Of a DNA stretch of 64,000 bases, positions 20,501-30,503 are shown one piece after another (positions within the stretch are counted from its first letter, which is position 1; each line of letters begins with the position of its first letter). A program made the position numbers and the translations under genes. The notes below the pieces were generated by a model that was not told the DNA's origin, searched no databases, and was given only the letters and a program-made list of their open reading frames with translations. The DNA comes from an uncultured Chloroflexia bacterium (lineage in GTDB: Bacteria > Chloroflexota > Limnocylindria > Limnocylindrales > CSP1-4): contig CAVXDU010000013.1 of NCBI GenBank assembly GCA_963760625.1, forward strand, positions 206,129 to 270,128. Direction: 5' to 3'.

Positions 20501-21376
20501 ATGAGCGTGGCGAAGAAGAAGAAGGACCGGGAGGCCGCAAAGGGCGAGGCGCACCGTGATCAGGACGCTGCGCCGGCAGGGGCCGGGACACCCGTGGAGC
20601 AGCAGAAGCTGAAGCGCAAGGAGTACGAGCTCCATATGCGCCGACTGCATGGCGAGCTTGTGGCGATGCAGGAATGGGTCAAGGCGACCGGCGCCAGGAT
20701 CTGCATCGTGTTCGAGGGTCGGGATACCGCCGGAAAGGGAGGCACCATCAAGCGCATCACGGAGCGGGTCAGCCCGCGCGTGTTCAAGGTCGTCGCCCTG
20801 TCCGCTCCGACGGAGCGGGAGCGGTCGCAGATGTACATCCAGCGGTACATCGGCCATTTCCCGGCGGCCGGCGAGGTGGTCATCTTCGATCGAAGCTGGT
20901 ACAACCGCGCAGGTGTCGAGCCGGTTATGGGTTTCTGCACCCCCGAACAGTCGGCACGGTTCCTGGAGCAGGTGCCGGCTGTCGAACGGACCATGGTCGA
21001 CTCCGGGATCATCCTGCTCAAGTACTGGCTGGAAGTCAGCCCAGATGAGCAGACCCGGCGGCTGGAGGCGCGCATCCACGATCCGCGAAAGACCTGGAAG
21101 CTGACAGATATGGACCTCAAGTCATACAGCCGCTGGTATGACTACTCCCGAGCCAGGGATGCGATGTTCGCGACCACCGACACGCCGTGGGCGCCCTGGT
21201 ACGTCGCCCGGACGGACGACAAGATGCGCGGCCGGCTCAACATCATCACTCACCTGCTCGGCCACGTGCCGTTCGAGCCGCCGGAGCCACGCGAGATCAC
21301 TCTGCCGAAGCGCCAGAAGGCCGCCGGGTATGTCGAGCCGGACCTGCCCCTGAAGCACATCCCGACACCGTTCTGA
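20501..21376 (+). CDS. ppk2: Polyphosphate kinase 2 (single-domain PPK2)
   Basis: The 291-aa ORF is intact. It carries IVFEGRDTAGKGGTIKRI (P-loop), YIQRYIGHFPAAGEVVIFDRSWYNRAGVE and WKLTDMDLKSYSRWYDY. AAGGAGG lies 7 nt upstream of the ATG. Confidence 0.9.
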   Translation: MSVAKKKKDREAAKGEAHRDQDAAPAGAGTPVEQQKLKRKEYELHMRRLHGELVAMQEWVKATGARICIVFEGRDTAGKGGTIKRITERVSPRVFKVVALSAPTERERSQMYIQRYIGHFPAAGEVVIFDRSWYNRAGVEPVMGFCTPEQSARFLEQVPAVERTMVDSGIILLKYWLEVSPDEQTRRLEARIHDPRKTWKLTDMDLKSYSRWYDYSRARDAMFATTDTPWAPWYVARTDDKMRGRLNIITHLLGHVPFEPPEPREITLPKRQKAAGYVEPDLPLKHIPTPF

Positions 21377-21435
21377 CCATGCGGGCGAGGTCGGGCGAGC
21401 ATGACGCGTGCGCCGAGTTGACGTAGGCGGCAGCG

Positions 21436-22095
21436 ATGACCCAGGCCGACCCGGAAGAACGCCACCGGCGCTTTCTGGCAGCGGCAGCCCCTATGGTCGC
21501 CGATCTGAAGGCTGCGGGCATCGATGCCGGCGAATTCGGCACGTTCACCACCCTGTATCGCACGACCTTCGATTACGCCCACGCGACGCCGATCCTCATC
21601 GAGTGGCTGCCACGCATCGACGAGCCGACCGTCGTGGAGGCCATCGCCCGCTCGCTGACCGGAGAGCGTGGCGCGCGGGGTGAGGGTGCCCGCCAGCTGA
21701 TCGCGGCCTTCCGCCGGATGTCGGACACCCACCCGGAGCAGGGCGTGGCATGGGTGATCGGGGGCGCCCTGTCGACGATCGCCGGCCCCGCCGACGCCGA
21801 CGACCTGGTCGAGCTGCTCGGGGACAGGCGGCATGGCACCGCGCGCCAGATGCTGTGCGACGCGCTCACGAGGACACATGACCCTCGCGCCACTGAGGTC
21901 ATGATCGACCTCATCGATGACGATGACCTGAGCGGTCACGCGATCCTCGCACTCCGTCGGCTTGGCAATTGGAAGAGGATCCCCGATGCCGAGCGTGTCA
22001 AGCCAGCCCTCGAGCGCCTGCTCGAACGGGCCACCGCCAGCGTGTTCTCGAAGAAACAGGCACGCAAGGCCCTCGACGTCATTGCGCGAGCGTGA
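21436..22095 (+). CDS. Hypothetical protein, HEAT/armadillo-like helical repeats
   Basis: 219-aa intact ORF with repeated helical segments (AIARSLTGERGARG..., LVELLGDRRHGTARQMLCDALTRTHDPRATEVMIDLI..., AILALRRLG). The long minus-strand ORF 21250..22275 is its shadow. Confidence 0.55.
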   Translation: MTQADPEERHRRFLAAAAPMVADLKAAGIDAGEFGTFTTLYRTTFDYAHATPILIEWLPRIDEPTVVEAIARSLTGERGARGEGARQLIAAFRRMSDTHPEQGVAWVIGGALSTIAGPADADDLVELLGDRRHGTARQMLCDALTRTHDPRATEVMIDLIDDDDLSGHAILALRRLGNWKRIPDAERVKPALERLLERATASVFSKKQARKALDVIARA

Positions 22096-22296
22096 TTCTG
22101 GAAGCAGATCGTCTGATTCCAGACCACCTGCAGTTGGCCGACCGCATCGGCAGGCTCCGGCCTTCGGCATCGGCATCCATTGGTCCGGCTTGACGCACGG
22201 ACATCGGGACGCGATGGTCGCCAAACCCTGGTCCATGCCCAGGGCCCCATCCAGCCGCCGACACCCCGGCCCCATGTACCCATAGGACTCGCTCGA

Positions 22297-23337
22297 ATGG
22301 CCCCAAACCTGGGCCTCGCCAGAAGCGCGCGACTCGGTGCCGCATCAGCCGTTGCGCTGATCGTCGTCGCGGGGCTCTCGGCGTCGGCATTCTCGAGCGC
22401 CGTACCCGCCTCCCCACCGTTGCCACCACCGAGTCGGGTGATCGACGCGGGATACTGCTGGCCGCCAGACGTCGAGCGGTGCAGCCAGGTCGGCGTGGCC
22501 CGATGGATCGACGTCGCATTCACGCCGCCCGTGGTGTGCGATGTCTTGACGGATACCAGATGCCAACTCCGGATGGATATCACCGCGCCGACCTCGGGAG
22601 GCCCGTGGCCACTGATCGTCTATCTCTCCGGCGGACCTGAAGCGTCCGCCAACGACAGGTCCGGCCTGGGCACCAGCCCATTCGTGACAGCCCTGGCCGG
22701 ACAGGGGGCGGTGGTCATCACGCCTGCATGGCGACAGACCGCCGCTTCGGGCGGTGGCTGGCCGACCTCGTTCCAGGACGTCGCCTGTGCCATCGGGGTG
22801 GCACGCAGTATCGGGCCCGCCTATGGCGCGAACCCGGACCGATTGACACTCGGCGGTCACTCACTCGGAGCCTGGCCTGCCGCTGTGCTCGCTCTCACCC
22901 CGTCCCCGCTCACCCCTGAGCCGGGTGCCTGCAACCCGACCGCTGGTTCACTCCGCCCGGATGCGGTCGTGATCTCCGATGGCAAACCCGACGAGGTGGT
23001 GACAATGAGCGATGGGGCGCAGTACCTCGACGACTTTTTCGGCGGTGACCGGGCGGCACGGCCGGACGACTGGGCCGACGCCGACCCGTTCGAACTGGTG
23101 AAGCGCTCCACCCCAGTCCGCGATGGCATCGAGTTCCTGATGATCTACGGCGATACCACCCGGAATGTCACGTCTGTCCCGATGGCATTCGAAGATGCTC
23201 TGCAAGCCGCTGGCTACACGGTTTCCAGCGACAGGATCCTGAACGGCGGTCAGGTGGCGGCCTTCCCGGACGGACACGCGATCGGCTTGATCATCGACAT
23301 CGCGACCGACACCCCGTTCATGACGAGCGGAAAGTAG
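22297..23337 (+). CDS. Secreted alpha/beta hydrolase (esterase/lipase-like)
   Basis: The start at ATG 22297 gives MAPNLGLARSARLGAASAVALIVVAGLSASAFS (signal peptide). The nucleophile elbow is LGGHSLGAW (GxSxG). Confidence 0.7.
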   Translation: MAPNLGLARSARLGAASAVALIVVAGLSASAFSSAVPASPPLPPPSRVIDAGYCWPPDVERCSQVGVARWIDVAFTPPVVCDVLTDTRCQLRMDITAPTSGGPWPLIVYLSGGPEASANDRSGLGTSPFVTALAGQGAVVITPAWRQTAASGGGWPTSFQDVACAIGVARSIGPAYGANPDRLTLGGHSLGAWPAAVLALTPSPLTPEPGACNPTAGSLRPDAVVISDGKPDEVVTMSDGAQYLDDFFGGDRAARPDDWADADPFELVKRSTPVRDGIEFLMIYGDTTRNVTSVPMAFEDALQAAGYTVSSDRILNGGQVAAFPDGHAIGLIIDIATDTPFMTSGK

Positions 23338-23408
23338 GCAGGGCGCGGTGTCCTGATCCGGATCGTCGCGTGGCCCTCCTTGACGCCAGAGCTGCCATCC
23401 TCCTCCCG

Positions 23409-24178
23409 TCAGGTGGCTCCGATGCCGACGAACTGGGGCGCAACGGGCGGCGGGGCGAGTGCCATCTCGGCGGCGGAATGCTGGTCCTCGCGGATGCGGC
23501 CGTCGCGCATGCGCACGATCCGGTCACATGCGTCACCGACATCCGGGTCGTGGGTCACCAGCACGAAGGTCTGACCGCGCTCCCGGTTGTATCGGCGAAG
23601 GATGCGCCAGCACCTCCGTCGGAGCGCTCCGAATCGAGGTTGCCCGTCGGCTCGTCGGCGAGGATGAGGCTCGGGTTGTTCACCAGCGCCCGCGCGATGC
23701 GCCACCCGTTGCTGCTCGCCGCCCGACAGCTCCCACGGACGGTGACCCGCCCGGTCCTCCAGGCCGACGAGCGCCAGCGCCTCGAGCGGACGCCCGACGA
23801 GCGAGCGTGCCACCAACGCCCGCGTAGTCGCCCGCGAGCATCACGTTCTCGAGGGCCGTGAGCGTGGGGATGAGGTTGTACTCCTGGAACACGAAGCCCA
23901 TCTCCCGGGCGCGGATCCGGGTCCGGGCGGACTCGCTCAGGGCGACCATGTCGCGGCCACCGAACGTCAGCTCGGGCCGCGGGCCGTTGTTCAGGTCGGG
24001 CGCATGGAGCAGGCCAAGGATGTGCATCAGGGTGCTCTTGCCGGAGCCCGACGGGCCCATGATGGCGACCATCTCGCCCGCGTCGATGCGCGACGTCGAC
24101 GCCCCGCAGCGCCTCGACGGTGTTGCGCTTGCTCAGTCGGTAGGTCTTGCGCAGGTTACGTGCCTCCAGGAGCGGCAT
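23409..24178 (-). pseudogene. ABC transporter ATP-binding protein (MacB/LolD-type), about 4 frame changes
   Basis: MPLLEARNLRKTYRL... starts at ATG 24178 after AGGAGG. Walker A ([16 protein letters not shown]), the Q-loop region ([19 protein letters not shown]), the signature ([10 protein letters not shown]), Walker B (ILADEPTGNLD) and VLVTHDPDVGDACDRIVRMRDGRI lie in alternating minus frames (ORFs 23555..25021, 23680..24072 and 23409..23816). Confidence 0.85.
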
Positions 24179-24213
24179 CGCTGGTCCTCCTGCTCCGGTG
24201 GAGCTCGTGGGGT

Positions 24214-25394
24214 TCATTCGTAGCGCAGCGCCGCGACCGGATCGAGCCGCGCGGCATGGAGCGCCGGGACGAAGCCCGCCAGCGCTCCAAGGATGGTGCC
24301 GAACACGACCGCCGTGAGCGCGGTACCGGCGGTGAGGTCGAACAGGATCGTGCCGGATGAGCGGCCGGCCTCGTTGCGCGACGATGACGACGACGGCCCC
24401 CAGGACCAGGCCGATGACCCCGCCGATGAACCCGATGAGCGCCGATTCCGCGACGAGCTCGCGCACGATCCGCGAACGCCCGCCACCGATGGCCCGCTTG
24501 ACGCCGATCTCGCGCGTCCGCTCCGCGATCGACATCGCCATCGTGTTGATGACCGATAGGCCTCCGATGATGAGGCTGATCAGCGCGATACCGACCAGGA
24601 TCGAGTTGAGGATGGAGGTGGCCGATCCGATCTGGCGGTCGAAGTCCGCGCCCGTCATGGCCGTGACGATCGGGCACCTGCGCTTCGATGCGGGTCGGCC
24701 AGTGCCTCGATGTCCGTGCCGGGCGTGGGATACACGACCATCGTGGTGGCGAGGTCCGACGCCGTCAGCGTGGACTGGAACATCGGCGGCAACGTCGCGA
24801 TGAGCAGCCGCTGGGCAGCGGCCATCGGGATCGATCGCGGCCTGGTCGGGCGCCGTGAGCGTCGGCTCCAGGACCCCCACGACCGTGAACGGCTCGCCCT
24901 TGAGCACCAGGACATCCCCGACGTGCTTCTGGAACTTGCGCGCGATGTCCGAGCCCAGGACGGTCACGTTCGTGCCCTCGTCCTGCGCGGTGAGCGCCCG
25001 CCCTTCCGCGTAGTGGAGCACGAACGTCTCGCGGCCCTTCGTCCGCGCCCGCGATGCCGCCGGTGATCATGGGCGGGACACCCATGGTCACGCCGCTCAG
25101 TTCGTCGTCCATGAGCAGCATCACGCCAGGCGTGACCGCGTCGACGCCGTCGACCGCCCGGACGAGGTCCGCGGTCTTGAGCGACATCGGGGCACTGGCG
25201 AAGCCGCCCACCGAACCCGACTTGTCGCTGAGGGTGATCTTGTCCGCGTAGTAGGTGCTGCCACCCGATACCAGGGCGCTGATCTTGTTGGCCATGGAGC
25301 CGAACACGACCAGCGCCCAGATGCCGATGGTGATGCCGATGACGGTGAGGGTCGTCCGGACCTTTCGTCGACCCAGGTTGCGCAGGCTGTGCAT
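24214..25394 (-). pseudogene. ABC transporter permease (FtsX/MacB-type), about 4 frame changes
   Basis: MHSLRNLGRRKVRTTLTVIGITIGIWALVVFGSM (TM1) starts at ATG 25394. The periplasmic-domain pieces (GRALTAQDEGTNVTVLGSDIARKF..., IPMAAAQRLL...), the FtsX core (ILVGIALISLIIGGLSVINTMAMSIAERTREIGVKRAIGG) and the C-terminus (FGTILGALAGFVPALHAARLDPVAALRYE) are in four different frame segments. Confidence 0.85.
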
Positions 25395-25706
25395 CCGGTA
25401 TCTCCTGGGGTGCCCGGGTAGGACATGGACCCGCCGCTGCCGGAGGGAGGGCAGTCCGGCCCCGGACCGGATCCTGACGGGCACCCACACGGTCCGCGGG
25501 CTCGCAGCGATGGTGATGTCGGGGCCACTGTGATGTCGTGTGCCGAACGGCCCGCGCCGAGCGGGCCAAGGGTCACAGAGGCCCGGGAGGCCAGTCGGAA
25601 CGGGCAGGATTCGCTGACTCGGGCACGAAGATGGAGTGGATCAGTCAGTAGGTCGTCCCTATACCCTGTGAACGCGTCGTCCTGAGCGACGCACGTCGAG
25701 GCAGGG

Positions 25707-26200
25707 ATGGCACGCGCTCGGGTCCGCGCACGATGGGGAAGCCTTGGCGAGCCCAATCGGAGGCGATCGACGACCGCTTCCATGGGCGTGCCTCGGCATC
25801 CCCGGGACATGGAGCGGCAGGACGCCGTCCAGGCTGGCGCTGCCGTACGCGTGGCGGACTGCCAAACCTGCGCGATCCGGCGGCATGCGAGCCATGGTCA
25901 TATCGCCTGCTCGTGCGGGCCTGCTACGCCGAGTCGCGCCGAGCCCGTCGCTGGCTGCCGAACCTCGCGGGACGGCCGCCGACGAACGACCAGTCGAGGG
26001 TGACATCAGTGCCGTCATCGATCGTGACCAGCTGGAGCGGGGTTTCAGCAGGCTGTCGATGTTGATCAGCGCGCCGTCGTGGTGCTGCACCACTACCTGG
26101 ACATGCCCCTCGACCGGGTCGCCCAGACGCGGGGCATCCCCGAAGGGACTCGCCCGATCCGGTACCTGCCGGTGGATCAGCAGCCGCAGGCGTGCGGTGT
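25707..26200 (+). pseudogene. ECF sigma factor paralog, heavily frameshifted
   Basis: Region-2-like LPNLRDPAA.EPWSYRLLVRACYAESRRARR is in ORF 25733..26065. DRDQLERGFSRLS is in ORF 25744..26226. Region-4 VVLHHYLDMPLDRVAQT.GIPEGT is in ORF 26079..27008. These resemble the sigma genes at 14114 and 62287. The boundaries are approximate. Confidence 0.6.
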
Positions 26201-26482
26201 CCGTGAAGCGCGCGGGCACATCCTGACGATCATGCCTGCCCGGGATGTTCGGCAGCAGGCGGGCAGTCCTCAACCATCTCCAGAGGCGCCCCTGCCGGTG
26301 GATCTGTGCCAGACATGCGTGGGGCGGTTACGGGACCGCGATCTCGGCCAGCAGGAGGCTGGGTGCGTCCTGCTGCGTGGCGGTCCTCTGCCGAAGAACC
26401 CACCGGTGCATGATCGACAGATCCGCCCCCGCACCGACGGCAGGGCATGGACGGTCGCGCCTACCTCATCCGGCCGCATGGG

Positions 26483-28265
26483 TCACTTGACCAGCGCGGC
26501 GACCCCCTCCAGATCCCGACGCGTCCTCGCGCTTTCGTACGCCTTCCATGGCTCGCTATTGGCGTCCGTTCCCGCCAGCGGGGACGCCAACAGGGCAGCG
26601 ACGACCTCGGCCGCCAGCTCCATATCCTCCTGGGCATCGTCGAACAGCCACCTGTCCATGAGGCGGCGGACGATCGCCGGCGTCACCCCCGATGGCGCCG
26701 AAGCCTGCAGGGTGTGGAACGCGGCACGTGCCGCCTCGCGATCACGAAGCTTCCTGGGTGTCGCGATGCCATATGTCTCGATCAGACCCTCGGCGATGGA
26801 CAGATCGCTGATACCGGCCGGGACCAGCCCGATCTCGTCCACGAGATCCAGCCACTGCCGCCAGTCGACCGCGGCTGTTCGAGGGTCGCTGGTGATCGTC
26901 GGTGACCACGAATGCCCTGTCGTCGCGACCCCAGCTGAGCGACGGAGGGGGGGCGTCACCCGGGCCCGCGAGGCTGTCGGACGCGACGGTGGGCGTCCCC
27001 GGGAGTGAGCCGATGAGTCGGTCGTAGGGAGACCTGCCACCCAGAAGGACCTCGATGACGTCGCGCATCCGGTCCGGTCCGATGGTATCCGACACCTTGG
27101 TCATGATCCAGCACGCAGCCTCGTACTGGTAGGTGACCAGGGCTACCTTCGATGCCTTTGGGCGATATCCGAGGTACTGCCATTTGCCGAGCTTCGGAGA
27201 TCCCTTGCCTGGGTACTGCCCCGGATCGGTGCATGGCACGTCGATGGAGGTGCGGGCGGCCCACTCGGCTAGCCCCTCGGCTATCCAGGTGGCGGCGACC
27301 GTGTCGCTGTTGAACCACGAATGCGCGATCTCGTGGGCGAGGAGCAGGTAATCGTCTGACTTCTCGCTGACGCGGATGACGCCCGAGTCGGAATCGTAGT
27401 AGCCCCCATACCCGGCCAGGGCATTGGCCGCAGCCTCCCGAACGAGGATGTCCGGGTCACCCGGGATGGGCTCCGCGATCACTTCATCCAGTCTGGCCAG
27501 GGCGAGTTCGACACTCGAAGCCGTGTTGGCGAGCCATGTCGGGTCGTCGGGCCATCCCTCCACGATGACTCGGTGTCCTGTCGTGCTGTCCAGGTCGCGG
27601 CGCTCGAGCAGGCTACCGTCGTATACGTCCGTGCAGGCGCCGAATGTGATGAGGTCGGTGCGCTGCCGAGCGGTCAGCTGGAGCGACTTGGCGCGGGTCT
27701 GCGTGCGCACGGCACTGCCCTCGGTCTCCGCCTCCGCGATGCGCGGCAGGGTAGCTTGTATGTGTCCGGAGTCCACCGGCTGGCCATACCAGCAGAAGTG
27801 GGAGTACGCATCGGTGACACGCGTCGGGTTGTCGGATTTCGAGCCTCGCGACGGGAGTGTCCAGCTGGCGTCGAAGGACACGCTCTGTCCCAGCAGGATC
27901 CTGGGGAAGCGCACGACGTAGTAGCGCCAGTCGGCATCCTTGGACCCCAGGCGGTATGTGACGCGTCGACCGGTGACACGGAAGTCCTGCGCATACATGG
28001 GAACGGCGATGGGACCCCATTCCTCGATGAAGTAGCGCGCGGTCGCCGAGTTCGGGATGCGGTTGGTGAGGCTGAAGGCAGCCGCGACGTCGATCTGCTC
28101 ACCACGGCGATCAAGTCGATATGTGATGTCGGCCCGCTCCGTCACCTGGTCGCTGTCCGCCCACGCCGCAGGCGAGGTGAGCCCTCCCATTCCGAACAAC
28201 GTGGCAGACAACAGCCAAACGGATACCCAACGACGGTGCCTGGTCACCAACATCGGGCGGATCAT
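26483..28265 (-). CDS. Secreted zinc metallopeptidase (gluzincin / peptidase MA-like, HExxH...E); one frame change near 26905
   Basis: The N-terminal signal is MIRPMLVTRHRRWVSVWLLSATLFGMGGLTSPAAWA. HEIAHSW followed by EGLAEW is a gluzincin signature. The C-terminal about 140 aa (SPTITSDPRTAAVDWRQWLDLVDE...) continue in ORF 26483..27040. Confidence 0.75.
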
Positions 28266-28416
28266 GCGTAGGTGCTACGTCCCCGAACATCCCCTGAAGG
28301 TACCTAAGCGGGGCACAGCATCGAGTCAAGGAATGATCGTCCTGGTCGCCGGGCCCACGCGCGTGCCTTGCCGGAGCACGCCGGATCCATTGCCCGACTG
28401 GTGGCGACCGGGCGGA

Positions 28417-29883
28417 TCATGTGTCGGTGGCGGCAGCCTGACCGTTCGGCACTGAGATCGCCGCCGCGACCGTTCGGAGGGTTGACTCAAGGGCGGTGCG
28501 ATCCTGATCGGAATAGAGCGGGCCTGCCGGCCGGGCTCCCACCGAGATCACGACTCGCCCGATCCCGTCGCCTGCCCACGCGGTGATGGTCGGCTCAGCT
28601 GGTTCCTCCCCGACGCGGGAGGGAGGGAGGTCACCTACGGAGATCGAGCCACCGGAGGCACCCAAGGCATCCACCGCGATCACCAACATCCGGCGCGCGA
28701 CCGCTTCCGGGTCCGGTCGCCAAAGCCGCGACTCGAGGAGCGTCGCGAACTCCGCCAGCTGCGCCCTGGGGTCGCGTGGTTCCTTGAAGTGGCGATCCAC
28801 GACCGCCTGCAGGCCATTCTTCGCAGGTGTGAACACCATGACCACGACCAGCGTTGTGAGCACGATCGCCCCGTCCGACTCCTCGCGCGTCACGGTCACG
28901 AACACACGCTGCATGAGCGCTACGGAGGCAGCGTAGATGCCCGCCAGCATCGCCGTCAGCGGGACGTATACCAGGGTCCGGTTGATAAGCAGGTCGACGT
29001 CGTACAGATGGTAGTGAAGGATCGCCACACCGCCCGCGACCGGCAGCCCACAGAGCGCGATGATGAACAGCGCCTGCGCCCATTCCTCGCCCATGAACCC
29101 CAACGGTGAGACGAGTGCCGCGATCACCGCCGCGTAGGCGACCCAGCGCAGTTGGAGCCGCCCGACCGCGTCGGCCCGCTGATATCGGAGCACCAGCGAC
29201 CAGGCGCCGAGGGCGAGCGACACGAACAGACCCAGACGTGCGGCGAGCGACAGGATATCGAAGGGAACCGGCCCGCCGATCGAGAGCGGGTTGACGACGA
29301 GCGGGAAGTCGGTCAACGGACCGGGCAGCAGGGCCGCTGTTACGGCCGTCGCCAAGCCCGACAGGAAGGCCAGCCAGACGACACGCCGCCAGCGAACCGA
29401 TAGCAGGTGGCCGTCCGGGAAGATGAGGAAGAAGGCCACCACGAGGATGAACAACGGGGCCCAGACCCAGTTGGTCGTCCAGGCCACCCACTCGACCGTC
29501 GGCAGCGTCCCGGGGTGGGCCACGACGCCGTAGGCCAGGTACTCCTCGGCCAGGAACTGGAGGCCCGAGAGCAGCGCGACCAGGATCATCAGCCGCCCGA
29601 TGCGGTTCCGCGGCTGGCGTGCGAGCACGATGGCTCCGACTGTCGCGGAGGTTACGGCGAAGAGCGCCGAATACCCCCGGAATCCCCACGCGTCAACAGG
29701 ATAGGGCGCGTCGAGGGTCAGAAGGAAAATGAACGATCCGACGGCCGTTAGACACATCGGCACGAGCCATGCCGTCCATGCCACGAGGTTCGCCGACCCT
29801 GACGGCTCGACCGGGAGAGCCGACGCAGGCTCAGTGGCTGCCATGGTGGCGGGCAGGATGCGCGCTCCCGGAACGGTCGTCAA
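28417..29883 (-). CDS. Polytopic membrane protein resembling the membrane/sensor half of actinobacterial histidine kinases, with no kinase domain
   Basis: The 488-aa ORF is intact with about 8-10 hydrophobic segments. The conserved block ILHYHLYDVDLLINRTLVYVPLTAMLAGIYAASVALMQRVF...FTPAKNGLQAVVDRHF is present. It is a paralog of the gene at 38102..39286. Confidence 0.7.
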   Translation of the reverse strand: MTTVPGARILPATMAATEPASALPVEPSGSANLVAWTAWLVPMCLTAVGSFIFLLTLDAPYPVDAWGFRGYSALFAVTSATVGAIVLARQPRNRIGRLMILVALLSGLQFLAEEYLAYGVVAHPGTLPTVEWVAWTTNWVWAPLFILVVAFFLIFPDGHLLSVRWRRVVWLAFLSGLATAVTAALLPGPLTDFPLVVNPLSIGGPVPFDILSLAARLGLFVSLALGAWSLVLRYQRADAVGRLQLRWVAYAAVIAALVSPLGFMGEEWAQALFIIALCGLPVAGGVAILHYHLYDVDLLINRTLVYVPLTAMLAGIYAASVALMQRVFVTVTREESDGAIVLTTLVVVMVFTPAKNGLQAVVDRHFKEPRDPRAQLAEFATLLESRLWRPDPEAVARRMLVIAVDALGASGGSISVGDLPPSRVGEEPAEPTITAWAGDGIGRVVISVGARPAGPLYSDQDRTALESTLRTVAAAISVPNGQAAATDT

Positions 29884-29962
29884 CGGGTGGGCCGCATGCC
29901 GATAGCAGGGCCACGGGGCTCGCGCGCCACGGCGGGCGCGCGGGCCCAGAAAGGGTGCTCGG

Positions 29963-30283
29963 CTATTCGCCGGGTGCGCGATACGAGGGCGTGAGCTTCA
30001 TCGCGGCGTCGACCTCGTCCGGCGTGAGCAGCACGACAGTCCGGGGGCTGGCGCCTCCCGCGGCCGCAACGGCCATGGCGCCCGCCGCCGCGGCAGTGTT
30101 GCTCGGCAGGTCGACGGTCACGTAGAAGTCATCGCCACCGAAGCCGAAATAGAAGGACTCCACCGTCCCTCCAAGGGAGCCGATGAGCTTCTTGACGGCG
30201 GCCACGCGGCCCGTGCCGCCCTCCACAGCAACGCCCTTGGCCCCCTGAACGGTGTAGCTCCCGGTGATCAGATACTTGGGCAT
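29963..30283 (-). CDS. GYD domain-containing protein
   Basis: The internal start at ATG 30283 gives MPKYLITGSYTVQGAKGVAVEGGTGRVAAVKKLIGSLGGTVESFYFGFGGDDFYVTVDLP, the classic GYD-family pattern. The upstream 46 codons of the ORF are noise. Confidence 0.8.
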   Translation of the reverse strand: MPKYLITGSYTVQGAKGVAVEGGTGRVAAVKKLIGSLGGTVESFYFGFGGDDFYVTVDLPSNTAAAAGAMAVAAAGGASPRTVVLLTPDEVDAAMKLTPSYRAPGE

Positions 30284-30503
30284 CCGGACCCCTCCTGCCG
30301 CGGGGCATCCATGCGGACGCGCTCGGACCGCTGCTGCGCCCAGACTGGACGTGCCCACAGGTGGTGTCAACTGCCCGGCCTGGGCGGGCAGGTGCCTCGG
30401 CAGTCGTGTCGGCGGAGCCACTCACGTTGGCGGTGCCCGAACCGCGATATTGCTACGGTGACGTACAGTTTCGTGCTCGATCGGAGGAGCAGAGGGCTAT
30501 TGA

